From Vulcanimicrobiota bacterium (GTDB taxonomy: Bacteria > Vulcanimicrobiota > Xenobia > Xenobiales > QWHO01), in assembly GCA_039809865.1 (NCBI GenBank), contig JBDHVW010000040.1:2731-66730 (forward strand): DNA of 64,000 bases, read 5' to 3'. Below the pieces are notes generated by a model, which saw only the letters and a program-made list of their open reading frames with translations, ran no database searches and was not told the origin of the DNA. Position numbers and translations under genes: made by a program. Position 1 is the stretch's first letter; every line of letters starts with the position of its first letter. This document shows, piece by piece, positions 1-8,201 of the stretch.

Positions 1-663
1 CTCGTAGAGCTTGAGCACGGCCGGCGCGTCGGCTTTGCTAACCTCCACGCCGTTCTTGGGGATCATCGAGAAGCTGGCCGTCTCCACCTTGAAGCCGGCG
101 GCTTCCAGGGCTTCTTTGACCACGTGCAGGTCGGTGGGCTCGGTGACGACCTCGAAGCTCTCCTCGTCCGAGGTGAGATCCAGCGCTCCGGCCTCCAGGG
201 CCACCTCGAGCGCCTTCTCCTCGTCGTGCTTCTCGCGCGCCACGCTCAGTACGCCCCGGCGGTCGAACATCCAGCCCACACACCCGGTCTCGCCCAGGTT
301 GCCGCCGTTCTTGCTGAAAAGCAGGCGCACCTCGGAGGCGGTGCGGTTGCGGTTGTCGGTGGCCGCCTCCACAATCATCGCCACTCCGGCGGGGCCGTAG
401 CCCTCGTAGACCAGCTCTTCGATCTGGGCTTCCGCGGCACCCTGAGCCCGGTCGATGATGCTTTTCACGTTGCTCATCGGCATGTTGACGCTGCGCGCCT
501 TCATGATGGCCATCTTCAGCCGGAAATTAGCCTCGGGGTCTGCGCTGCCGTTGCGGGCCGCCATCAGGATCTCGCGCGAGACTTTGGTAAAAGCCGCCCC
601 GCGCAGGGAGTCTTGCTTCCCCTTGCGGATACGGATGTTTTTCCATTTGGAATGGCCGGCCAT
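1..663 (-). CDS. yebC: YebC/PmpR family protein (runs off the window edge, 3' end missing)
   Basis: The minus strand from ATG at 663 reads [18 protein letters not shown]... and later EELVYEGYGPAG, both hallmark YebC motifs. Its start overlaps the asnS stop (TGATG). It is absent from the ORF track because it has no stop inside the window. Confidence 0.93.
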   Translation of the reverse strand, partial: MAGHSKWKNIRIRKGKQDSLRGAAFTKVSREILMAARNGSADPEANFRLKMAIMKARSVNMPMSNVKSIIDRAQGAAEAQIEELVYEGYGPAGVAMIVEAATDNRNRTASEVRLLFSKNGGNLGETGCVGWMFDRRGVLSVAREKHDEEKALEVALEAGALDLTSDEESFEVVTEPTDLHVVKEALEAAGFKVETASFSMIPKNGVEVSKADAPAVLKLYE

Positions 664-1976
664 CAGGGATACAGCCGATACAGGGTGCGCGGGAACGCGA
701 TCGTCTCGCGGATGTGCTCGATGCCGCAGATCCAGGCCACGGTCCGCTCCACGCCCAGCCCGAAGCCGGAGTGCGGCACGCTCCCGTAGCGGCGGAGATC
801 GACATACCAGGAGTAGGCTTCCTCGGGGAGGTTGTGCTCCTTGATGCGGGCCTCGAGCAGCGCCAGATCTTCCAGGCGCTGGCCCCCGCCGATGACCTCG
901 CCATACCCCTCGGGCGCCAGCATGTCGGCCCCCAGCACCGTCTCGGGACGATCCGGGTCGGGCTTCATGTAAAATGCTTTCACCGCTGCCGGGAAATGGT
1001 GCACGAAGACGGGCCTGTCAAACTGCTCGCTGACGACGGTCTCGTCGCCGCCTCCGAAATCGCCGCCCCAGGCGAACTCGACGCCCTTCTCGTTGAGAAT
1101 CTTGACGGCATCGTCGTAATGCAGGCGCGGGAAGGGCGGCACGATGGCCTCGAGCTTACCCAGGTCGCGCTCGAGCACTTCCAGCTCGCGGCGTCGTTTG
1201 GCCAGGCACTGCTGGACGACGTAGGAAACCATCTGCTCCTGGACTTCCATGTTCTCCCACATGTCCACGTAGGCCATCTCGGGCTCGACCATCCAGAACT
1301 CCATCAGGTGGCGACGGGTTTTGGATTTCTCGGCGCGGAAGGTGGGTCCGAAGGCGTAGACCTTGCCGAACGCCATGGCAGTGGCCTCGTTGTAGAGCTG
1401 CCCGGACTGGCTCAAGAAGGCGCTGTTCTCGAAGTATTTCGTCTCGAACAGGGTGGTGGTGCCCTCGCAGGCGCTGGGCGTCAGGATGGGCGTGTCGATG
1501 CGCAGGAAGCCGTTGTCATCGAGCCAGTCCTGGATCGACTTCATGACCTGGGCCCGGATCCGCAGGATGGCGTGCTGGCGCTGCGAGCGAATCCAGAGAT
1601 GGCGGTGGTCCATCAGGAAGTCGGTCCCATGGTCCTTGGGCGTAATCGGATAGCCTTCCGCGTTCTGCAGCACCTGCAGGTTGTCGACCATCAGCTCGTA
1701 GCCGCCCGGGGCGCGAGCGTCTTCCTTGACGGTGCCCTCGAGGATGATGGCGGACTCCTGGCCCATCGAGCGGGCCAGCGCAAACATCTCTTCGCCCACG
1801 TCGGCCTTGCTCAGCACGCCCTGGATGCGTCCCGAGCCGTCGCGGAACTTGAGGAAGCAGATCTTCCCGGAGGAGCGCATGTTGTCCAGCCATCCGCAGA
1901 GGCGGACTCTCTGCCCGGCGAATTCGCCGATGCGGGCGATGGTGGTTTTGGGGAGAGCGGTGGTTTCGGTCGACAT
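663..1976 (-). CDS. asnS: Asparagine--tRNA ligase
   Basis: N-terminal OB fold ([14 protein letters not shown]), class II motifs [21 protein letters not shown] and [14 protein letters not shown], plus ACEGTTTLF. Start placed at the MSTETT ATG (1976), not at the ORF-track 2252. Confidence 0.93.
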   Translation of the reverse strand: MSTETTALPKTTIARIGEFAGQRVRLCGWLDNMRSSGKICFLKFRDGSGRIQGVLSKADVGEEMFALARSMGQESAIILEGTVKEDARAPGGYELMVDNLQVLQNAEGYPITPKDHGTDFLMDHRHLWIRSQRQHAILRIRAQVMKSIQDWLDDNGFLRIDTPILTPSACEGTTTLFETKYFENSAFLSQSGQLYNEATAMAFGKVYAFGPTFRAEKSKTRRHLMEFWMVEPEMAYVDMWENMEVQEQMVSYVVQQCLAKRRRELEVLERDLGKLEAIVPPFPRLHYDDAVKILNEKGVEFAWGGDFGGGDETVVSEQFDRPVFVHHFPAAVKAFYMKPDPDRPETVLGADMLAPEGYGEVIGGGQRLEDLALLEARIKEHNLPEEAYSWYVDLRRYGSVPHSGFGLGVERTVAWICGIEHIRETIAFPRTLYRLYP

Positions 1977-2034
1977 GGCCGCAGATTTTGCGCGCGAGCG
2001 GGGCTTATCCTGCCTTTGATCGAACTTGGCTTGA

Positions 2035-3138
2035 ATGAAGTTCCGTAGAAATATAGCGACGACAGGAGCGGTCAAAAGGGCTTCGACGACAGGAGCGGTC
2101 AAAAGGGCTTCGACGACAGGAGCGGTCCCGGCGATAGCGACGACCGGAGCGGTCCGAAGGGCTGCGACGATGGGGGCCGTTGGATGTGTCCTGGCGTTGT
2201 TGCTGGTGGCGGCGATGCCTTCGCCCACGCTGATGCTGCAGAACGACGGCACGCTGTTTCTCTATGAAACCTCCGCGCCGGCCGTGCTGGAGCGGTCGAC
2301 GGCGGACCTTTCGCGCTATGGCGCCGTGGATGACCGTTTGCCGGTGCGTCGCGTGGACCTTCCCGGGGTCAAAGGCGACCTCATCGACGGCGATGTGGCG
2401 GACAACACCACGTATTACTACCGCCTGGCGCTGGACGGCGCGTTCTCGCCCGTCTGCTCGGTGACCACCCCGAACCGGCCGGTGCCCCCCCTGACAGCGC
2501 CGTCCATCCTGATCGACAAGGTAAACTACTACCTGGAGCTGCGCGATGGCGGGGTTCCGGTAAAGCGCTATCCCTTCTCGATGGGCAAGCGGTGCGGGCG
2601 CAAGGTCTGCCTCGACCGCGCCTCCACGCCCGAAGGCCGATTCCGCATCACGGGCATCCAGTTCGAGTCGAACTACTATGCGGCTTACGACCTGGACTAC
2701 CCCACCGCCGTCGATAAGGCGCGCTACGCTTTCTACAAGAAGCACGACCTCTTGCCGGAGCCGGGCCGGCCGATCGGGGGCGACATCCAGATCCACGGGT
2801 CGGGCGACTGGTACGAATGGAATTGGAACCTCAACAGCAACTGGACCTGGGGCTGCGTCGGCCTGCGAGATTTCGACCTGGACGAGCTCCTGGCCCAGGA
2901 GCAGATCGGCCCGGGGACCCCGGTCACCATCGTGGGCACGGAGATCACCCGCGAGGATCTGGCAGCGATCGATCAGTGCGACCGGGCCGCCGTGGCGCGC
3001 GCCCTGCAGCGGGAGCTGGGCGAGGGGGCACGCTGCGACAGCGAGTGGCTGGGTCGCTACCAGCTGCGCAAAGGACTGCCGGTCACGTGCCAGGCGGACG
3101 CGCGCACCCAGAAGCTGCTGGGAGTGCTCAAGCCCTGA
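2035..3138 (+). CDS. L,D-transpeptidase (YkuD family), exported, with FN3-like segment and C-terminal peptidoglycan-binding-like tail
   Basis: [12 protein letters not shown]...KRYP...TPEGRF...LDYP...IQIHG...WTWGC gives the His/Cys catalytic pair. Hydrophobic signal [12 protein letters not shown]. The true start may be the ATG at 2170. Confidence 0.82.
   Translation: MKFRRNIATTGAVKRASTTGAVKRASTTGAVPAIATTGAVRRAATMGAVGCVLALLLVAAMPSPTLMLQNDGTLFLYETSAPAVLERSTADLSRYGAVDDRLPVRRVDLPGVKGDLIDGDVADNTTYYYRLALDGAFSPVCSVTTPNRPVPPLTAPSILIDKVNYYLELRDGGVPVKRYPFSMGKRCGRKVCLDRASTPEGRFRITGIQFESNYYAAYDLDYPTAVDKARYAFYKKHDLLPEPGRPIGGDIQIHGSGDWYEWNWNLNSNWTWGCVGLRDFDLDELLAQEQIGPGTPVTIVGTEITREDLAAIDQCDRAAVARALQRELGEGARCDSEWLGRYQLRKGLPVTCQADARTQKLLGVLKP
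2057..2181. repeat. 27-bp tandem repeat, 5 copies, degenerating
   Basis: Unit cgacgacaggagcggtcaaaagggctt starts at 2057, 2084, 2111, 2138 and 2165, and encodes (A/S)TTGAVxxx repeats. Confidence 0.9.
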
Positions 3139-3239
3139 CCTTTTGCAGCGCCAACATGAGACCGATCACGCCCAGACATGCCAGGACCGCCATCAGGCCC
3201 CCCGTCTCGAGTTTTTGTCCCGTGCGGACCTGCCCGGCC
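3128..3239 (-). pseudogene. Orphan 3' gene remnant ending in a transmembrane helix, cut by the IS end
   Basis: The minus frame reads [36 protein letters not shown] starting right at the IS terminal repeat. Confidence 0.45.
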
Positions 3240-4807
3240 GTACATGTTTAGCGGATACCCCGTCGGGAAATCGGCAAGCAGCGGCCAAGCCGTTGTAGAG
3301 TCTATGGTGGCGGCGTCCTGAATGTGAGCGGGCCTAGCCGTCGCGGGGCCAGCGGACCAGAGTGCTCAGGCTGCCCCAGCTCTTCAGGGCTTCGAGCACG
3401 ACTGCGGTGAAGTCGACGCCTTGCTGACGGCAGGTCGCGAAGACGCTGGTGAGCGTCTCGGTGACTTTGGCTCCGCGCTCGGTCTTGTTCCCGGCCGAGA
3501 TCTTGCGGCTCAGCACCAGCGGACGGAGCTGTCGCTCGGCGAGGTTGTTGGTGGCGTCTACGCCTTCTTGATAGAGGAACGTGAGGAGGTTGGCCTGGTG
3601 CTTGCGCAGGCGGTTGGCAATCTTGAGGTTCTTCGAGTCGGTAATCTTGCCGGCCAGGAGCTCACCGATCCGGTGGCCGATGTTGGCGCGGCGGCGAGAA
3701 AACTCGTCGGCATCGAGTGTCGCCCGCTCGGCCGCAAGAGTGATCGCCTCTTTCAGGAGCGCGATGGCCCGTCTGGGAAAGTTCACGGCTCCCCGGGTCT
3801 GGAGGCGTTCGATGTCCTTCAGGGTGCGCAGGAAGTGGGCCAGACACTTGGACTTCAGTTCGTAGGGAAGGACGTTGTAGACCGCCAGGCAATCGCTCAC
3901 GAGACACCCACCAAAATTGGGTCCGAGCACCCGAAGAGCAACCTTGTGAGACCTGCTGTTGGTGATGACGAACAGCGTGAATTGGTCGTTTGCGAAGACC
4001 CAGGCCCAGTTCGTGAGCGACCGGACCCACCAGCCAGTCTCATCAACGTGCGCCACCTTGCCGCTCCGGATTGCAGCCGCGATGGCTTGGTAGGTAGCGT
4101 CCAGGCACTGCGCCGTGTTCGAGAAGATCCCGAAGAGCCCACCCGCACTGACCCGGAGCCCGAACTGGTCTTGCAGCACAGCTGCAATCTTCTCAAGCGG
4201 TGCACCCAGCTGCACGCGCAGGCGTACCGCAAACGCGGCCGCGTTCGGTCCGATCGACGTTCCGGCGGCACCAGTGGCGACCGAGATCTGGTCAGGATGC
4301 CGTCGATGGGTTCGGCACTTGCAGCACGGGCAGAATCCGCTTGTCGTAACGAACCTGCGTCGATGGACAGTCATGACGGGCAGCTCGTCGACGAACTGCT
4401 CTTGAGTGCGAAGATCGATGAGGGCGCCGCCGCAGTGCTCACAGCCTTGCGGCGGGTCGACAACGACCGTCTCGTCGACTTGCTCCGGTTGCGGCCTCCA
4501 GGCGGCCTGGTGGCCCTTCGGACGGCCCGGAGGCTTCTTCTCGGGCTTGGGCTCCTCGCGCCGGAACGGAGCCGCTTGTCGCTTGGGTGCCCTCTGCGCC
4601 TCAAGCAGCATTGCCTCCGTCCGCTCCTGACGAGCCTTCAGCTCCGCATTCTCGGCTCGCAGCTTGGCGTTCTCCTCGCGCAGTTGCTTGAGCTCTGCCA
4701 GAAGGGCCTTGATCTCGTCGGCTTGGGCCATAGAACGAGCCTTCGATCTCGCAGGCCAAGTACCTTGCGCATCCTTGAACTTTTTTCACAATGCGCTAAA
4801 CATGTAC
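3240..4807 (-). mobile_element. IS66-family insertion sequence, single-ORF (ISBst12-like), 1568 bp
   Basis: Terminal inverted repeats gtacatgtttagcg (3240-3253) and cgctaaacatgtac (4794-4807) flank one TnpC ORF. No target-site duplication is visible. Confidence 0.88.
3334..4731 (-). CDS. tnpC: IS66 family transposase
   Basis: N-terminal coiled coil, KKPPGRPKGH, Zn finger CEHCG...CPCC, HVDETGW, LVSDC, KCLAHFLR and ATNNLAERQLRP. Confidence 0.95.
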   Translation of the reverse strand: MAQADEIKALLAELKQLREENAKLRAENAELKARQERTEAMLLEAQRAPKRQAAPFRREEPKPEKKPPGRPKGHQAAWRPQPEQVDETVVVDPPQGCEHCGGALIDLRTQEQFVDELPVMTVHRRRFVTTSGFCPCCKCRTHRRHPDQISVATGAAGTSIGPNAAAFAVRLRVQLGAPLEKIAAVLQDQFGLRVSAGGLFGIFSNTAQCLDATYQAIAAAIRSGKVAHVDETGWWVRSLTNWAWVFANDQFTLFVITNSRSHKVALRVLGPNFGGCLVSDCLAVYNVLPYELKSKCLAHFLRTLKDIERLQTRGAVNFPRRAIALLKEAITLAAERATLDADEFSRRRANIGHRIGELLAGKITDSKNLKIANRLRKHQANLLTFLYQEGVDATNNLAERQLRPLVLSRKISAGNKTERGAKVTETLTSVFATCRQQGVDFTAVVLEALKSWGSLSTLVRWPRDG

Positions 4808-5102
4808 TGAGAGAATGGTATATGGACTCCGCCCTAGGACGGTCAATGTGGGCGCACCAATAGGCCGCGTGGTCCATAGCCGCCGCTCCCAATGTAGTCC
4901 CCGGGTGGGCTGCGGCTAACGCCAGGAGGGCATCGACCCCCTCGGCAAACTTCTGCTTTTTGAATATCAGTTGCTCAGCCTGCAGGAACTCGGGGGTCAT
5001 CTGGAAGGGCTCATAGACCCGTGGCGGTTGGCCGAGACTATCGGATGTCTGCCAGAGACAGAGGCCCAGAGCTAAACCTAAGATCAATAGCGCTTTACGC
5101 AT
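4808..5102 (-). pseudogene. Exported helical (TPR-like) protein, 3'-truncated by IS66
   Basis: Signal peptide MRKALLILGLALGLCLW with a GGAGG SD upstream. The frame runs into the IS terminal repeat at 4807. Confidence 0.65.
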
Positions 5103-5118
5103 AGCTTCCTCCTAAGGT

Positions 5119-8104
5119 TCAGGGTACGGGAGTTGCGAAAGGCATCGGCCCGTTGCCAAAATTCAGCTTTGGAGGGTCCGTATTCCACTGACCGCTGGGC
5201 ACTCGCCACACTTTCGAAACCGAATTCTTGTCAATCCGCAATGAATTTGTATTCTGATTCCTCAATATCTTGAACGGGATATAGTAGTAGTTGCCGCCGT
5301 CGAACGCGCAGGCATTGAGAAGGCTGTCGTCCCCGCCCGCTTTCCAGGCTTTGAGGTTGGCCCAGACCCAGGACTCAGCCTCCTTTCCCCCTCTCGCGCC
5401 CAACTCGGCGCGATAGAAGCTCATAGCTGTCTGGTCGGCCAGAAGGGCAACCGGGCCGGCATAACCAAGCAGGTTGGTGCCCGGGATCAAGGCGTGCCAC
5501 AAGGCCCCCCCAAATTGTCGGTCGGCAACCGGGGCGTTGGGGCCGTGGTCCTGATGCAGGTTGTTGTAGTCGTGCAGGTCCAGTGCCTCGCAGCTGGTAA
5601 GGTAGAGCGTTCGTAGTCCCCCAAACGCTCCCGGTGGCAGCAAGTCGGGAATCAGAAGGTCTCCGAAGGCTGGCACGCTGTCCTGGCCGAGATCGATCCC
5701 CCCGTCATGTCCTCCATGCTGGTCAATGAGCAAGACCTCGGCCGGGTGCTTCACCTTGACGGTGGCCACCAGGGGAGTGACCAGTCCCTCGTTCGCGGAT
5801 CCCTTTTCCTCCAATCTCACCAAGACCGCCTCAAAACCGAGCGCGAGCACATTGTCGCGGCTGTTGTCCGCCGAGGTCGGAGGAATGTCCGGGGGGCTGG
5901 TGAGATTGGTGACCGGAAGACGGAATTTCTCGTCGAGCACCCCGAGCGCAGCAGCGCTCCCCGTGTAGGGCTGCACCGCTCCGAAGAGTCCGGCAAAGTC
6001 TAGATACTGGGTGCTTTGAGCGCTGCCGAAGATGCCTCTGGTCCCGCAGTAGGTATGGTCGGCCAGGCCAGTCGACTTGATCAAATCCGGAGCGAGCAGG
6101 ACGAGGCCCTCCCAGAGGTCCAAGAAGGTACCATCGGGGCCCTTGACGCGGGTCAAGGTCATTTCCTGACTGCCCTGGCTGAGGGTGCTCTCGAGGACGA
6201 CCTTGAGATGCTCGGGCCCCTCCACCACCTGGTGCTGGGCATCCTCGAACCGGAGGTCGCGGGCGCGAATCTGCCACGTACCGGTGCTCGGATTGACCTT
6301 CTTGAGCAACTCCCAGCGGTCCCGGCCATCAGGAGTCGTCAGGTCATGGGGGCCGGGCATCTCCAGCGCCACCCGACGTACCGCGCCCTTGGGCCCGCTC
6401 AACACCTCATCCGTCAGAACCTCGAGCTGAGGATTCGTTTGACCCGTCACTCGGAAGAGCGCCTCGGCCCTCTCGAGCACGCATGGCCCCGGGTCGCCTG
6501 CACGGGCGACCATCCTGGCCTCACTGACATCCGTGCCACCGCCCTCGCTGCCACCCGACTCGCAGGCCGTCGCTACCAGCTCAAACTTGTAGTCCGTCGG
6601 GTCCAGCGCCACTCCTTCCACTCTCGCATCCCAGTCGATGGCCGGAAAGCGGATCGAAGCCCCCAAACTCTCGTCGGGGAGAAAGGTCCTGATAAGCTTT
6701 CCAGTATCCTTCTTGCGAACTTCCAAGACCCAGTCATAGCTAGGGACGGTGTTAAAGCCGACCGCGGCCAGCCTGGCCCGGTAGTGCAACTTGACCGGCT
6801 CGGTAGACCCCTCTGGGATGGCATCGGGATCCAGGGTCTCTGGCGTCACCTCATCCGAAATGAGGAGAATTCGCTGCCCGGGCACGACACTGTTGCGAGA
6901 GGCCCGGTAGCGCACTCCTTCGTAGGCCTGCGCTGATGCCTCAACCGTGTAGGGAAAAATCGGCGGGTCACCCGCGGCACGCGATTGGAGCTCGAAGAGC
7001 GACCGGTCGCAACATCCGTTGGGGCATTGCGCCCGTGGAACCAGCCGAAGCCGCCTGGGTAGGTCCCCCCTTGCGGCCGTCAGGGCCAGGTCGGCGGGCG
7101 ACCAGGTAAAGTCGATGCTCGCTCCTGGCTGTTGCCCGGTATCGGCTCCGATGGCGTCGATGAAAGCCTTCCAGGCCGGCTGGACCAGCTCGCTCAGGTC
7201 GTCCCAGTGGAAGGCGTTGGTAATCTGGACCGGCTCGGGAGGGTCGCCCGTGGCAATTTCGACGGCCGGAAACGGATCGTCAAATGCGATTCCCTTCTGG
7301 CGATAGGTCTCGGTCCGAATGTGGGTTCCGTTCTGGCTGGCCGAAAGTGTGTACTCTCCCGAGTAAGCAGACCGAAAGACCGGCGTGAGGGGGAAAGAGC
7401 CGGACTGAGTCGCGATCTCCTCGTCTCCCGTATCGAACAGCACGACGTTCCCAACGGTGGTCTTTACCTTGAAGTAGTCTGTTGTGACGCCACCGACGGT
7501 TGCCTGCCTCCAGCGATAATCCATCGTGTAGGTCAGCACGTTGGTGTCCAGGATGTTGTTCTCGTCGAATTGCCCGGCAGTCGCTCCGTTGTCCTGTCGT
7601 TGCTCGTGGATGTACACGGGCCGCGGCAGCGGCAGGCTCCAGGTCCAGACGATCACGCCATGCTCCTGCAAAGGGGCGCCAAAGCCTCTGGGCGCAACCC
7701 CGTTGAACAGGCCAATGAGCAAGCCGTCCGGCGTGTAGGCCTGATAGGGCTGCGTCGAACCCTGCAACTGGTAGACGTTCGAGCCGACGATCTGGGAAAG
7801 CTCGGAAGTCGAGCCTGAACTGCTTACGAAGCGCTGGGGGTTGCGCCGAAAGCGCGCCTGGCGCAAAATTTCCCTGGCCTGCGCTGGGTCACCAGGAAGA
7901 ATTTGGAGGCCCTGGTCTGTGTCGGCCGCCAATCCCACGGCCACAAAGCTCTTAGGGTTTGGCTGGAGGGTCAGAGAGCTTTGCTCTGCGGCGCCGCCCC
8001 CCCCCCCCGACAGTCGTGCTGTCCCCGCATGCCGAGAGCCAGAGAAGTGAACCGACCAGGGAAAAGCCCAGCAATCGTTTCAAGATATTGCTTCTAGTCG
8101 GCAT
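5119..8104 (-). CDS. Large lipoprotein (~995 aa if in frame) with FlgD/Ig-like domain and C-terminal caspase-hemoglobinase-like (His-Gly/Cys) domain; frameshifted at a G12 tract
   Basis: The ATG at 8104 gives MPTRSNILKRLLGFSLVGSLLWLSA-CGDSTTV (lipobox), followed by 12 G, one base out of frame with the 941-aa ORF. WVLEVRKKDTGKLIRTF...IDWDAR...YKFEL is FlgD-like. IDQHGGH...TLYLTSCEAL suggests a His/Cys dyad. Confidence 0.65.
7997..8008 (-). repeat. Homopolymer G12 (C12 on + strand) just after the lipoprotein signal peptide
   Basis: Counted directly in gcgccgcccc ccccccccga. Confidence 0.95.
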
Positions 8105-8201
8105 CGATCCCCCAAGAATGCTTTCTAGCCGAACTCCTTCGGCCTCGAGCCACCAATCGCCTTCATTAAATTTCGTTCAATACTCAAACGTGGCTCGAGC
8201 T

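Noticed and set aside
2022-2043. GAACTT...AAGTTC inverted repeat upstream of asnS as an SOS box
   Set aside because: The spacing does not match GAAC-N4-GTTC, and the flanking genes are not repair genes.
2057-2181. Periodic repeat considered as a mini CRISPR array
   Set aside because: The period is only 27 bp, the intervening 10 nt are partly identical rather than unique spacers, and there are no cas genes.
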